Shown here one piece after another: positions 20,044 to 30,814 of a DNA stretch of 64,000 nt; the stretch's first letter is position 1; the number at the start of each line of letters is the position of its first letter. The notes below the pieces were generated by a model, which did not search any database, was not told the DNA's origin, and saw only the letters and a list, made by a program, of their open reading frames with translations. The translations under genes and the position numbers were made by a program. This stretch comes from an uncultured Rhabdochlamydiaceae bacterium. Lineage in GTDB: Bacteria; Chlamydiota; Chlamydiia; Chlamydiales; Rhabdochlamydiaceae. The stretch covers positions 608,001 through 672,000 of the forward strand of contig CAVQHD010000001.1 of assembly GCA_963712275.1 (NCBI GenBank), read 5' to 3'.

Positions 20044-21115
20044 AAAAACGCTCCCATTGTTGGTTGATGAATTGTTTAAATTCTCTCTTAAATCGGTCAG
20101 CTGAAAAATTTTCGCTATGAGATCGAATCACACCACTATTCCACGCCTCTTTCTCAAACTGCTCAATGGCTAAAACAATGCTCTGAGAACTTTGCTCATT
20201 AAAAAAAAGCCCCGTCTCTCCTTCAATCACTGTTTCAAGCGATCCTCCTCGACCATACGCAATCACAGGGGTTCCTGCAGCCTGAGCCTCCAGAGGAGAG
20301 ATCCCAAAGTCTTCTTCTGCAGCAAAGACGAACCCCTTCGCTCTTTCCATAAGGCTGCGGACAGTTTCATCCGGTTGAAATCCTAGAAATTCAATATTAG
20401 GTCCTGCTGCTGCTTGAAGTCTAGCCCTCTCTGGCCCCTCTCCAACAACGATGAGCTTTCGAGAGGGCATCGAGTTAAAAGCTTGGACGATTAAGTCGAC
20501 CCTTTTATAAGGGACAAGTCTTGAAACGGTGAGGTAGTAGTTTTCTTTCACCTCATAAGGAGAAAACAAGTGCGTTGCAACAGGGGGATAGATCACAGTT
20601 GCAGGCCGGTGGTACAGACGAGAGATCCTCTCTGCGACAAAGAAGGAGTTAGCAATAAAGTGGTCCACCCGTCCCACGGTCTTTAAATCCCACTGCCGCA
20701 AATATTTTAAAACTTGCCGGGCAAATCCTCCTTTGATAGATCCCATCGAGCTCAAATACTCCTCTTGCAAGTCCCAAGCGTACCGCATCGGCGTGTGGCA
20801 ATAACAAATATGGAGCTGATTTTCACCCGTTTTTACCCCTTTTGCAACGGCATGAGAGCTAGAGATAATTAAATCGTACTCCTTCAGATCGAATCGTTCG
20901 ATCGCCAGTGGAAATAAAGGAAGGTAATTTCGGTACTGCGTCTTTGCAAGGGGAAGCTTCTGAATAAAAGAGCTTTTGACATTCAGCTCATTCATGATCT
21001 TTGAGCTTTTGAAGAGTGTGAACACAGGAGATGGGAAAAGATCGAGAATCTCAGAGAGAACTCTCTCTGCCCCTCCCAAAGAAATCAGCCAATCATGCAC
21101 AACCGCTGTCTTCAC
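20015..21115 (-). CDS. GT4 glycosyltransferase (WbaZ-like mannosyltransferase)
   Basis: VHDWL...GGAERVL, YCHTPMRYAWD, EDFGISPLEAQAAG. Confidence 0.9.
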   Translation of the reverse strand: MKTAVVHDWLISLGGAERVLSEILDLFPSPVFTLFKSSKIMNELNVKSSFIQKLPLAKTQYRNYLPLFPLAIERFDLKEYDLIISSSHAVAKGVKTGENQLHICYCHTPMRYAWDLQEEYLSSMGSIKGGFARQVLKYLRQWDLKTVGRVDHFIANSFFVAERISRLYHRPATVIYPPVATHLFSPYEVKENYYLTVSRLVPYKRVDLIVQAFNSMPSRKLIVVGEGPERARLQAAAGPNIEFLGFQPDETVRSLMERAKGFVFAAEEDFGISPLEAQAAGTPVIAYGRGGSLETVIEGETGLFFNEQSSQSIVLAIEQFEKEAWNSGVIRSHSENFSADRFKREFKQFINQQWERFCENRHSCRG

Positions 21116-22182
21116 AATATCCTCTCGATCACTTCTAAATGTTTCTCAGCGGTTTTTTCCCACCTAAACAGCTCAACTCTTTCCCTGCCTTTCTGGATAA
21201 GAGTCTGACGCAAGGCAGGTTTTTCAATCAATTCACAGATTTTCAGCACCATATCGTCCACATCGTAAGGATCAATATAAAGAGAGGCCTCTCCGCACAC
21301 TTCCGGAAGGCTTGCTGCATTAGAAACAAGGGTGGGGCAATCGCAGCTCATCGCCTCTAAAGGCGTCAGCCCAAACCCCTCGTACAGGGAAGGGTGAATT
21401 GCACAGTACGCCTCCTGGTAGAGATAGGGAAGATCTCTTTGATCAACCTCGCCTAAAAACAAAACTCTTTCACTTTGTCTTGCATGAACGGGGTTATTTT
21501 TGACCGTTTTCCCAATGATGACTAGTTTCCAATCAAGGTGCCGCTGAGGGAGCCGACTCCAAGCGTGGATGAGCCTTTCGACATTTTTATGGGGGAGAAG
21601 TGTGCCAACGAAAATAAAATAACGGTTCGGCAGTTGATATTTTTGACGTACAATGGACGCATCTCCTTTCTTTTGAAAATGAGTACTATCGACGCCTAGA
21701 TGAACCACAGATATTTTTTTCTCAGGGGTTTTCGTGTATTTAATGATTTCTTCCTTGGAAAAGGAGGAGATCGTCAAGATATGGTCTGCAATGCGGGCTG
21801 CCGACTTGATCACGGTGTGTGCATAAACTCGTTTAAGAAGAGGGAGTTTTTTGGTGTGGGCTAAGTGATAGACATCATGAAGTGTTACAAGCCTTTTTTT
21901 TGCCCGAATCGGAAGCAAAGGGGCGTTAAAATGAGGAGTCCAAAATAGGTTGACTGGAGGGATCAGAAAAGGGAGCCTAAGCTGTTCTTCAGCAGAATAG
22001 ATAGGAGCCGAAGTCAGAATTAAATCATCACTTGCAATGATTGGCCACTTTTCTACGAGTTGCGGCGTTGCGATTAGTTTTAGGTGGAGCGAAGTTTGTT
22101 TTAAGAAGCCGACCATATGCCGGATGTAGGTTCCAACTCCTGTGTTAAAGGCCATCCGAATATCAATGCAGAGCTCTTTCAC
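21112..22182 (-). CDS. GT4 glycosyltransferase (mannosyltransferase-like)
   Basis: [24 protein letters not shown]. Confidence 0.9.
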   Translation of the reverse strand: MKELCIDIRMAFNTGVGTYIRHMVGFLKQTSLHLKLIATPQLVEKWPIIASDDLILTSAPIYSAEEQLRLPFLIPPVNLFWTPHFNAPLLPIRAKKRLVTLHDVYHLAHTKKLPLLKRVYAHTVIKSAARIADHILTISSFSKEEIIKYTKTPEKKISVVHLGVDSTHFQKKGDASIVRQKYQLPNRYFIFVGTLLPHKNVERLIHAWSRLPQRHLDWKLVIIGKTVKNNPVHARQSERVLFLGEVDQRDLPYLYQEAYCAIHPSLYEGFGLTPLEAMSCDCPTLVSNAASLPEVCGEASLYIDPYDVDDMVLKICELIEKPALRQTLIQKGRERVELFRWEKTAEKHLEVIERIL

Positions 22183-23143
22183 TTGCCACCATGAGTTCAA
22201 TCAGTTGTTCAATTGACGTTTTCGGAGTCCATTGCAGTTGATCTCTTGCCTTGGAGGCGTCTCCTCTTAGTGGAATATCCTCTGCTTTGCGAAAAAATTG
22301 AGAGGAGATTTCGACACGTCGCTCACCGGTCTTTTGATCGATCCCCTTTTCTTCAAGCCCTTCACCTTCCCATTTAAGATGGATATCGACAGCTCTAAAG
22401 GCCATTTCCACAAACTGACGGACCGATGTGAGCACTCCTGAGGCCAGAACATAATCTTCAGGGGTGCTTTGCTGCAGCATGAGCCACATTGCCTCAACAT
22501 AATCCTTTGCATAACCCCAATCTCTTTTCATCTCTAGGTTTCCCAAGATAAGCTTCTCCTGAAACCCCTTCCGAATCCGAACCACTCCCTTTGTGATTTT
22601 GCGGGAGACAAAAGCCTCTTTCCGCCTCGGGCTTTCATGATTAAATAAAATCCCATTGCAAGCATACAGCTGATACGCCTCCCTATAATTGATCACGCTC
22701 CAATGCGCATACATCTTGGCAACGCCATAGGGCGACCTTGGATGAAAAGCGGTCGTTTCGCTTTGAGGGGTGGAGGCCACTTTGCCGAAAAGCTCTGCAG
22801 AAGAGGCTTGAAATAATTTTGCTCTAGGAGAATAGAGTCGCATCGCTTCTAAAATTCGGAGAGCGGCAAGGCCATCGACATTAAACGTATATTCAGGCAT
22901 CCGAAATGACTGCCGGTCATTGCTCATCGCGGCCAAGTTATAGATCTCATCGGGCCCTACATTCTTTAGCACCTGCTTTAAACTTCCCGGGTCGCTTAAA
23001 TCGGCCTGATGAAAATGGTACGGAAAGTCTCCATCGGGAACTTGACGAACAATTCCATGGACTTCATAGCCGTGCTGCAGGAGCCATTCAGCTAAATACG
23101 ATCCATCCTGTCCTGTCACCCCTGTAATGAGCGCTTTTTTCAT
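22163..23143 (-). CDS. gmd: GDP-mannose 4,6-dehydratase (copy 1)
   Basis: [38 protein letters not shown]. Confidence 0.93.
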   Translation of the reverse strand: MKKALITGVTGQDGSYLAEWLLQHGYEVHGIVRQVPDGDFPYHFHQADLSDPGSLKQVLKNVGPDEIYNLAAMSNDRQSFRMPEYTFNVDGLAALRILEAMRLYSPRAKLFQASSAELFGKVASTPQSETTAFHPRSPYGVAKMYAHWSVINYREAYQLYACNGILFNHESPRRKEAFVSRKITKGVVRIRKGFQEKLILGNLEMKRDWGYAKDYVEAMWLMLQQSTPEDYVLASGVLTSVRQFVEMAFRAVDIHLKWEGEGLEEKGIDQKTGERRVEISSQFFRKAEDIPLRGDASKARDQLQWTPKTSIEQLIELMVASERALH

Positions 23144-23226
23144 GACAATAAGATAAACGAATATACTAAGGAAAACAAGACTAATAGCCTTTACAACGCA
23201 AGAGAAAATTGTATAGAATGCTTCAT

Positions 23227-24252
23227 ATGACTTTAAAACTATCAATTTGCATCCCAACCTATAACTTTGGAAAATTCATTGGAGAGACGCTTGAAAGCAT
23301 CATTCCTCAGCTCAATGAATTGGTTGAAGTGGTGATCTTGGATGGAGCATCCACGGATAATACTCAAGAAATTGTACAGCAGTACCAGCAAATAGCTCCT
23401 CAAATCCGTTATTTCAGGCAGATGGAAAAGGGGGGCATTGACCGAGACATGCATCTTGCTGTCGAAAAAGCTCAAGGGGGTTTTTGCTGGCTATTTAGCA
23501 GCGATGATGTTGTCGTAGACGGAGCAATTGAGAAGATCTTATTAGAAATTAATGAAAACTGTGAAGTTTATTTATCTAATTTTACGATTTGCACTTTAGA
23601 TATTAATGTAAAAATGGAAGAACATTCTATTTTAAAAATAAATGGACCAAAAAAATACAATCTTACAGATGAGTTAGTGAGAAAAAAGTATTTCGAACAA
23701 GCGATTGCAACGCCTGCTTTTTTTAGCTTTATGGGTTCCTTGATTATTAAACGGTCTAGGTGGCTAGAAACATCCGTTGAACCTCGCTTTTTTGGAAGCT
23801 GTTGGGCGCATGCTGCCCGTATTTTTCGAATGATCCCCAACGGCCTTCAGGTTAAATATTTGGATTCTTCACTTCTCCGTAAACGGTCGTTCAACGATTC
23901 CTTCATGGATCGGGGATTTATTCACCGCATCGCCATTGCCATTGATGGGTATCTCGATATTGCCCACACAATTTTTGGAGAGAGCAGCTTTGAAACATTC
24001 CATATCCGGAGGGCGCTTAAAAAAGAGTTTCCTTTGAGCGCATTTTTAGTCGGCAAAAAAGAGATCAAAAGCCGCTCCGATCGCGTGAGGTTGTTGTCCC
24101 TTCTTAAAAAGACCTATTCAGACGATCGATTAAAACGGTGGTTTTTTTACATGTTGATCGGGATATTTCCAGATTTTTTAATTGTCTTTCTTAGAAAGGT
24201 TAACAGAGCAAGAAAGATTTTTTTTGGAAAAATGATGGACGTTAAAGTCTAA
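23227..24252 (+). CDS. GT2 glycosyltransferase (abequosyltransferase RfbV-like)
   Basis: LSICIPTYN, DGASTD, WLFSSDD. Confidence 0.85.
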   Translation: MTLKLSICIPTYNFGKFIGETLESIIPQLNELVEVVILDGASTDNTQEIVQQYQQIAPQIRYFRQMEKGGIDRDMHLAVEKAQGGFCWLFSSDDVVVDGAIEKILLEINENCEVYLSNFTICTLDINVKMEEHSILKINGPKKYNLTDELVRKKYFEQAIATPAFFSFMGSLIIKRSRWLETSVEPRFFGSCWAHAARIFRMIPNGLQVKYLDSSLLRKRSFNDSFMDRGFIHRIAIAIDGYLDIAHTIFGESSFETFHIRRALKKEFPLSAFLVGKKEIKSRSDRVRLLSLLKKTYSDDRLKRWFFYMLIGIFPDFLIVFLRKVNRARKIFFGKMMDVKV

Positions 24253-24290
24253 AATCTTCTATCATCAGCTCATTTTAAAAAGGAGATTTT

Positions 24291-25163
24291 ATGTACGGGA
24301 TTTTCATATGTCTCTGTTTGGGATTTGCGCAGCTCCATGCCTCCCTTGTTTCTAAACCTCCTCATTCTTCTCGATACATCCCTTCCAACCTTAAATATGA
24401 TCATATCACGAGTGCAAACGGTGAATATGTAGATCAAATTCTGAAGAAGGTACGTCTCTTTTCCAGTGCAAGTTACGAGATCCACAGTGTCAATGGATTG
24501 GGGATGTTTTTTCTGGATCAAAAGTCTGATTGGATTAAAGATTTGTTAAAGAAAGGTCAGCCTTGGGAGGGCTACCTGGCTCCCATCATTCGAAAATATG
24601 TTAAACCAAACACAGTTGTACTCGATGTAGGCGCTCATATAGGAACGCATACGTTAAACCTCTCCCGTGCAGTGGGGCCGGGAGGGATGGTGATTGCCTT
24701 TGAACCTCAGACAAAAACTTTTTGCGAGCTGTTTATGAATATGGAGCTTAATAGAGCTTCTAATGTTTGGTGTTTTTGGGGCGGGTTAGCAGATAAAATA
24801 GACGAAATCAAATTGCCAAAATTTCATCCGGAAGTCGAAGTCGCACCTCTATATGATTATACGTATGAAATGTCCGAGGAGATCACCCCTATAATTACAT
24901 TGGACAGCTTAAATTTATCCAATGTCTCCTTCTTGAAGGTGGATGTTGATGGATGCGATGATCTCTTCTTAGATGGAGCAAGAGAAACAATCTTACGCAA
25001 TAAACCTGTGATGGTTATGGAAATTTTAGGGGGGGCCGATATCGATACCGCCATCCCCGAACACAAAAAACGCATCTTAAATACACAAAAGAAAATCACC
25101 GATCTGGGTTATGGGCTAGAGAGGATTTCAGTACACGACTATCTATGTCTTCCAATTCAATAA
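24291..25163 (+). CDS. FkbM-family methyltransferase with signal peptide
   Basis: DVGAHIG, AFEP, LKVDVDG; hydrophobic N-terminus ending ...AQLHA. Confidence 0.88.
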   Translation: MYGIFICLCLGFAQLHASLVSKPPHSSRYIPSNLKYDHITSANGEYVDQILKKVRLFSSASYEIHSVNGLGMFFLDQKSDWIKDLLKKGQPWEGYLAPIIRKYVKPNTVVLDVGAHIGTHTLNLSRAVGPGGMVIAFEPQTKTFCELFMNMELNRASNVWCFWGGLADKIDEIKLPKFHPEVEVAPLYDYTYEMSEEITPIITLDSLNLSNVSFLKVDVDGCDDLFLDGARETILRNKPVMVMEILGGADIDTAIPEHKKRILNTQKKITDLGYGLERISVHDYLCLPIQ

Positions 25164-25180
25164 TATAAAGGCTTTTAATT

Positions 25181-26404
25181 ATGAAACTTGCAGTGGTTGA
25201 CCAAAATGGTTGCCTGGGGGGGATTGGCCGATTTAATTGTTCTCTTTTGATAGCTTTGAAGAAAGTATGTCCTGAGCTTGACATCACATTTTTTGTACAC
25301 TTTCATCATCCTGCGCAAAAAGAAATGGTCGATGAGTTTGTCCATCATCAAATCCAAGTAAAGCCACTCCGATTTTCCAGGCTGAAAAATTCAAAAATAA
25401 GAATCGTTGGCTCTCTGGCTCACCGAATTCAGCGTCAATTTGGAAATCGGCTTAAGAATTTCCCTCCCTTTTTATCAGGGCTTTGCTATCGAGAAGTAGA
25501 AGAAGTCACGAAAGGATTTGACCTTGCCTATTTCCCTCTCTGGTATTACATGCAATGCCCTCAGCTTCGCTGTCCTATGGTTAGCACTTTTCACGACTTT
25601 AATTTTCGGTATTATTTTTCATCCCATCCTATTTTCTCTCCAAGCGATATCAAGCTGCTTTTTGAAGAAACTCCGAAGTGGTTAGACCAATGCGTAACGC
25701 CCATTGTTTCGACAAAGGCCATATTGGATGAGATAAAGAAATTTTATCCTGCTTATGCCGCTAAATCCAAGGTCATTTACATTGGGCCGCTGAATGCTTT
25801 TGGCGAGCTCACAGATCAGGAAGCTAGAGCAATCGTTGATCAGCTTAAAATCCCTCCCAACTATATTCTTTATCCCTCTAATTTTAATCCTCATAAAAAC
25901 TTGGGGGCATTGCTTCAAGCAGTGTCTCTTTTAAAACCCAAATATCCTGATCTTGCTCTTGTGATTACAGGAATGGGAACTTCTTGTGTGAATGGCCGCT
26001 TATGTGAAACGGGAATTGAGATTGGGGAATCTTCCAAGGATGTTTTTGGGCTCGATTATATATCAAATAAACAGGTTAACGCCTTGATTCAGTGCGCTAA
26101 AATGGTTGTTTCAACCTCTTTATATGAAGCAGGGAATGGACCTGGACTCGATGCTTGGGCAAAGGGCGTTCCTGTTGCGATGTCGAATATCCCCGCATTT
26201 CTGGAACACCTCGAAATTCATGGGGTGCGGGCTGAAGTATTCAATCCTCACTCTCCATATGATATTGCCGATAAAATTGAAGCGATTTTGAAAAATCCGG
26301 AGAAAGCTAAAAACGATGCTCTCCATTCTCAAAAAGCTCTTCACCCTTTCACTTGGGAGCAAATCGCTAAAAACTATCTCCAGGTTTTCCATGATGCCGT
26401 CTGA
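25181..26404 (+). CDS. GT4 glycosyltransferase
   Basis: TFHD, YPSNFNPHKN, SLYEAGNGPGLDAW. Confidence 0.85.
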   Translation: MKLAVVDQNGCLGGIGRFNCSLLIALKKVCPELDITFFVHFHHPAQKEMVDEFVHHQIQVKPLRFSRLKNSKIRIVGSLAHRIQRQFGNRLKNFPPFLSGLCYREVEEVTKGFDLAYFPLWYYMQCPQLRCPMVSTFHDFNFRYYFSSHPIFSPSDIKLLFEETPKWLDQCVTPIVSTKAILDEIKKFYPAYAAKSKVIYIGPLNAFGELTDQEARAIVDQLKIPPNYILYPSNFNPHKNLGALLQAVSLLKPKYPDLALVITGMGTSCVNGRLCETGIEIGESSKDVFGLDYISNKQVNALIQCAKMVVSTSLYEAGNGPGLDAWAKGVPVAMSNIPAFLEHLEIHGVRAEVFNPHSPYDIADKIEAILKNPEKAKNDALHSQKALHPFTWEQIAKNYLQVFHDAV

Positions 26405-27506
26405 AATTAAAATTCCCGTCTATAAACCTTCGCTTGCTGGGAATGAAAAAAAATATGTCAATGCTTGCCTTGACTCGACATGGATTTCATCCAAAGGGCG
26501 ATTTATTGCAGAATTTGAGCAAAAGTTTGCCTCTTACATTCAAGGCTCTTATGCAACGACTGTGAGTAATGGAACTGTCGCGCTTCATCTGGCCCTTCTG
26601 ACCCTTGGAATAGGTCCTGGAGATGAAGTGATTGTGCCCACTTTGACCTATATTGCTTCTGTGAATGCCATTGCGTATGTTGGGGCAACCCCTGTGTTTG
26701 TTGATTCCCTTGAGCAAACATGGCAAGTGGATCCTGAGGATATTAAAAGAAAAATTACCTCCAAGACGCGTGCAATTCTCATTGTGCATTTATATGGCCA
26801 GCCTTGTGAAATGGATGCGATTGTCAAAATTGCAAAAGACCACAACCTTTTTCTGATAGAAGATTGCGCAGAAGCTTTCGGTTCCAAGTATAAAGGGCGG
26901 CACGTTGGAACCTTTGGGCATATTGCGACGTTTAGTTTTTTTGGGAATAAAACCCTAACGACAGGGGAAGGGGGAATGGTTGTTACAGAAGATCCTCTTT
27001 TATTTGATCGAGCGGTTTGCTTAAAGGGTCAAGGATTGGCGAAAAATAGAGAATACTGGCATGACCTGATTGGATATAACTATCGCATGACGAATCTTTG
27101 CGCAGCGATAGGGCTTGCGCAACTGGAACGAGCGGATGAACTCATTTCTAAAAAGCGGCTCATTGCAAAATGGTATAAAGAGGCGCTCGATCCGATGATA
27201 TTCCACGATGAGGTCGGGGATGTCATTCATTCGTACTGGATGTGTTCGATCTTAACCGATCAAAGAGAGGCTCTTCGGAAAGCACTAGCGGCAGAAGGGA
27301 TCGAAACAAGGCCTCTTTTTTATCCGATTCATCAAATGCCGATGTATTTTCAAAATCAATCCTTCCCTGTAGCGGAAAAACTTAGTGAAAGAGGCATTAA
27401 CCTCCCCAGCTGGCCCGATTTAACGCAAGAACTTGTTTTTTATATCTGCCATCAGATTCGTCGATGGACTGAACAAAATCTTCCCCTGTCTTATGTCAGG
27501 CCATGA
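26391..27506 (+). CDS. per: GDP-perosamine synthase (DegT/DnrJ aminotransferase)
   Basis: CLDSTWISSKG, NGTVALHLAL, EDCAEA, SFFGNKTLTTGEGG, GYNYRMTN. Confidence 0.88.
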   Translation: MMPSEIKIPVYKPSLAGNEKKYVNACLDSTWISSKGRFIAEFEQKFASYIQGSYATTVSNGTVALHLALLTLGIGPGDEVIVPTLTYIASVNAIAYVGATPVFVDSLEQTWQVDPEDIKRKITSKTRAILIVHLYGQPCEMDAIVKIAKDHNLFLIEDCAEAFGSKYKGRHVGTFGHIATFSFFGNKTLTTGEGGMVVTEDPLLFDRAVCLKGQGLAKNREYWHDLIGYNYRMTNLCAAIGLAQLERADELISKKRLIAKWYKEALDPMIFHDEVGDVIHSYWMCSILTDQREALRKALAAEGIETRPLFYPIHQMPMYFQNQSFPVAEKLSERGINLPSWPDLTQELVFYICHQIRRWTEQNLPLSYVRP

Positions 27507-28098
27507 AATCGTGATTTTCGGGTGCGGCGGCCATAGCCGCAGCGTAGTGGATATTATCTTGCTGGGTGAGCGAGCAGCCTCTTTTATATTTGTTGATGAA
27601 AATGCACGGGAAAATGAAAAAATTTTTGGCTTTCCCGTTTTTCAATCCATCTCTTTAAAGGGACGCCCCTTTTTTTTTGCGATTGGGGATAATAGCCGAC
27701 GAAAAAAAATCTACCAGGCAATAGGCGCCGATCAGCTGATTTCTGTGATTTCGCCTCTAGCCCATGTGGGGCAAAAAGCGTCCTATGGCAAGGGAGTTTT
27801 CATAGGAAATTTTTCTCATGTTGGCCCGGAAGCTGCCATTGGGAATAATACCATTATTAACAATGGAGCTATCATTGAACATGAGGTCGTCATTGGAGAG
27901 CATACCCACATTGCTCCTCAAGCTGTCATTTCAGGTAGAACAAAAATAGGGGATTGTTGTTTTATTGGAGCCGGCGCCTCTATCAGAGATGGAATTCAGC
28001 TTTGTTCGAATGTCACAATTGGCGCTGGATCAACTGTGATCAAAAATATCATGGAGGAGGGTACTTACGTGGGATGCCCTGTTAGAAGGTTAGCTTAA
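27493..28098 (+). CDS. Hexapeptide-repeat sugar N/O-acetyltransferase (NeuD/PerB-like)
   Basis: IFGCGGHSR, AIGDN, IIEHE hexapeptide repeats, YVGCP. Confidence 0.85.
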   Translation: MSGHEIVIFGCGGHSRSVVDIILLGERAASFIFVDENARENEKIFGFPVFQSISLKGRPFFFAIGDNSRRKKIYQAIGADQLISVISPLAHVGQKASYGKGVFIGNFSHVGPEAAIGNNTIINNGAIIEHEVVIGEHTHIAPQAVISGRTKIGDCCFIGAGASIRDGIQLCSNVTIGAGSTVIKNIMEEGTYVGCPVRRLA

Positions 28099-28917
28099 GT
28101 GAAACAAACGACAATCCATACATCATCTCAGCGGCTGATTTCAACAGTTCTGGAAATAGGAGAATATAAAAATTTATTTTGGGCGCTGGCAAATCGAAAT
28201 ATTAAGCTTCGTTATCGACAAACGTTGTTAGGCATTTTATGGGTGATTCTTCAGCCTTTGTTAACGGCGGGTATCTTTACAGCTGTCTTTGGGAAACTCG
28301 CTCATTTACCTAGCGATGGAATTCCGTATTTTCTTTTCAGCTTTTCTGGAATGCTGCCGTGGCTATTTGTTTCTCAATGCATTCAACGGGCCTCGGTGAG
28401 CTTGATTGGAGATATTCCTTTAATTACCAAGATTTACTTTCCACGGATTTTAATTCCATTTTCTACAGTTCTAGCAGTCGGGGTAGATTTATTGGTAGGT
28501 TTAGGGATGGTTTTTTTGTGTATGGTATTATATCAATTTTCTTTTCATTGGCATTTATTGGTAGTTCCATTTTTTTTATTTTTAATGGTTCTTTTTTCTT
28601 CAGGGCTTAGTTTTTTCTTTTCTGCAATGACGGCTTATTATAGAGACTTTATTCACCTCATTCCATTATGTACGCAGCTCTGGCTTTATGTTTCTCCCGT
28701 TGCGTATTCAAGCTCCATGATTTCAGAGCGTTGGAAATTTCTCTATAATCTAAATCCTTTAACGGGACTCATTGATGGATTTCGTTGGGCTATTTTAGGC
28801 CTTCCCATTTTCCCGTGGGATGCTGTTTTAATATCAACAATAGAAACCGTATTATTTTTCATTTTAGGGGCAATGACTTTTCGGAAAATGGAAGGATATT
28901 TTGCAGATGTTATCTAA
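28099..28917 (+). CDS. wzm: Polysaccharide ABC transporter permease
   Basis: RNIKLRYRQTLLGILW, YNLNPL, FADVI C-terminus. Confidence 0.92.
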   Translation: MKQTTIHTSSQRLISTVLEIGEYKNLFWALANRNIKLRYRQTLLGILWVILQPLLTAGIFTAVFGKLAHLPSDGIPYFLFSFSGMLPWLFVSQCIQRASVSLIGDIPLITKIYFPRILIPFSTVLAVGVDLLVGLGMVFLCMVLYQFSFHWHLLVVPFFLFLMVLFSSGLSFFFSAMTAYYRDFIHLIPLCTQLWLYVSPVAYSSSMISERWKFLYNLNPLTGLIDGFRWAILGLPIFPWDAVLISTIETVLFFILGAMTFRKMEGYFADVI

Positions 28918-29674
28918 AAGAATAGCTATTAAAGTTTCTAACCTGAGTAAGTCTTATCGAATTTCCACTGGAGGTCAATCCGCATCGTTTCGAGAAACAG
29001 CCGTGTCTTTTCTTAAAAAAGCGATAGCCCTAGGGAAAAATCATAGTTCTCCAAACTTATTTTGGGCCCTTAAAGGGATTGATCTTGAAATTGAGCAGGG
29101 TGAAAGGGTCGCTTTTATAGGTCCCAATGGATCTGGAAAAAGCACCCTTCTTAAATTGATCTCTCGCATTACAAAACCCACAACAGGAATAATTCAATTC
29201 TCAGGTAAAATAGGCGCTCTTCTCGAACTAGGTACCGGGTTTCATCCTGAGCTTACCGGAAGAGAAAATATCTACTTAAGCGGCGCCATTTTTGGAATGA
29301 AAAAAAAAGAAATTGATACCACTTTTAATGCGATTGTCGACTTCTCGGAGCTTTCCCCTTTTTTGGATCTTCCTATTAAGCGGTATTCAAGCGGCATGGT
29401 GATTAGGCTTGCTTTTGGAATCATTTCCCATTTAAAGAATGACATTCTAATTGCAGATGAAATTCTTTCGGTTGGTGATCATCAATTTCAAAAAAAATGT
29501 CTTCATAAGATGCAAGAGATGGTGCAAGAGAATCGAACGATTCTTTATGTCAGTCACCATGTAGAGACGATTTTATCACTTTGCCCTCGAACAGTTTGGA
29601 TGGACAAGGGAGGAATTATAGAAGATGGGCCGTCTCCAACAGTGATTGAAAAATACCTCTCCAGAAGTAGATAA
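28907..29674 (+). CDS. wzt: Polysaccharide ABC transporter ATPase (no C-terminal sugar-binding domain)
   Basis: GPNGSGKST, GFHPELTGRENI, YSSGM, DEILSVGD. Confidence 0.92.
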   Translation: MLSKRIAIKVSNLSKSYRISTGGQSASFRETAVSFLKKAIALGKNHSSPNLFWALKGIDLEIEQGERVAFIGPNGSGKSTLLKLISRITKPTTGIIQFSGKIGALLELGTGFHPELTGRENIYLSGAIFGMKKKEIDTTFNAIVDFSELSPFLDLPIKRYSSGMVIRLAFGIISHLKNDILIADEILSVGDHQFQKKCLHKMQEMVQENRTILYVSHHVETILSLCPRTVWMDKGGIIEDGPSPTVIEKYLSRSR

Positions 29675-29689
29675 GAGAGGCTTCTTGTC

Positions 29690-29718
29690 TTGACATTTTA
29701 ATTTTCTATTGATAGGAT
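29690..29718 (+). promoter_or_regulatory. Putative sigma70/sigma66 promoter
   Basis: TTGACA-17 nt-TAGGAT upstream of ATG 29743. Confidence 0.55.
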
Positions 29719-29742
29719 GTTTCCTTAACGAGAGAGCTTAGA

Positions 29743-30810
29743 ATGAAAATTTGGATGATGATTTTGACTTTGATAACGACAATGGGAACTGAGGTTGGAG
29801 GAAACCCAACCCAAAATGAAGCCTTACAATATGAAGTTGCTTTAAAAAAAGAGAATCTTCCTATCTTCGACCCGAAGACATTGTATGTAATTCATTATAC
29901 CACAACAAAAGATTTATCTAATGGAGCTCTTAAGCGTTCTTTATTATTAGATTTGAAACAGATTTTTAATATCGATTTATTTGTCGAAAGTGGAACCTGC
30001 TGGGGACATACAACTGCAGTAGCAGCAACGGTTTTTAGTGAAGTTCACAGTATTGAAATTTTGCCAGAACTTTATTCCAAAGCTCAGAAGCGATTTGCAA
30101 ATGTTGAGAATGTGTTTCTCCATTTAGGCGACTCTGGAACTGTCTTAAATAACCTCATCTCTTTCTTTGATAAGAAGATTTTATTTTACCTCGACGGTCA
30201 CTATGATGGAGGGGCAAGCGGTCGCGGGGAGAAAAACACACCGATTCGGGAAGAATTAGCTGCGATCAAGAATGCAAATCAATTAGAGTCAGTTATTCTC
30301 ATTGACGACATTGCTGATTTCCAAGATTCGCTCTACTCGGAGCATGTTAGAAATACTTGCTTTGAGGGGTATCCAAACCTGAAAGAGCTGGTGTCCGAAT
30401 TATTGAAGATTAATCCTGATTACCACATTTGTTTTTTAGGAAATGCTCTGCTGGCCTTTCCTCCTACACCCAATGTCTGTGGATCGCTTGTTTTGAATGC
30501 ATGTTCAATGGATATTCTTTCTACAGTGGATCATCAGCTCTTCTCAAATGAAAACTTATTGGAAGCAGAAACCATCATTGCATTTTCATCTGGGCAGGAA
30601 AGAGCTGAATTAATCAATTATTACTTGACTTATGCTCCATTTGAACAGAGCTATGGGTGGCGTAGCTTTTCTACCTTTTGGTATGGTTTGATGCTTCAAA
30701 AAGGGGGAAAGCCAAAAGAGGGCATGGAAAATTTTAGAGCAGCTGCTCAGTGTTCCTTACCTGGATGGAGAGTTGATCAATATGTTCCTAGATACGGATC
30801 TAGAAGATAA
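29743..30810 (+). CDS. Class I SAM-dependent methyltransferase-like protein with signal peptide
   Basis: FVESGT..G.T, HSIE, GDS, FYLDGH, ILIDD motifs. Confidence 0.65.
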   Translation: MKIWMMILTLITTMGTEVGGNPTQNEALQYEVALKKENLPIFDPKTLYVIHYTTTKDLSNGALKRSLLLDLKQIFNIDLFVESGTCWGHTTAVAATVFSEVHSIEILPELYSKAQKRFANVENVFLHLGDSGTVLNNLISFFDKKILFYLDGHYDGGASGRGEKNTPIREELAAIKNANQLESVILIDDIADFQDSLYSEHVRNTCFEGYPNLKELVSELLKINPDYHICFLGNALLAFPPTPNVCGSLVLNACSMDILSTVDHQLFSNENLLEAETIIAFSSGQERAELINYYLTYAPFEQSYGWRSFSTFWYGLMLQKGGKPKEGMENFRAAAQCSLPGWRVDQYVPRYGSRR

Positions 30811-30814
30811 AAGA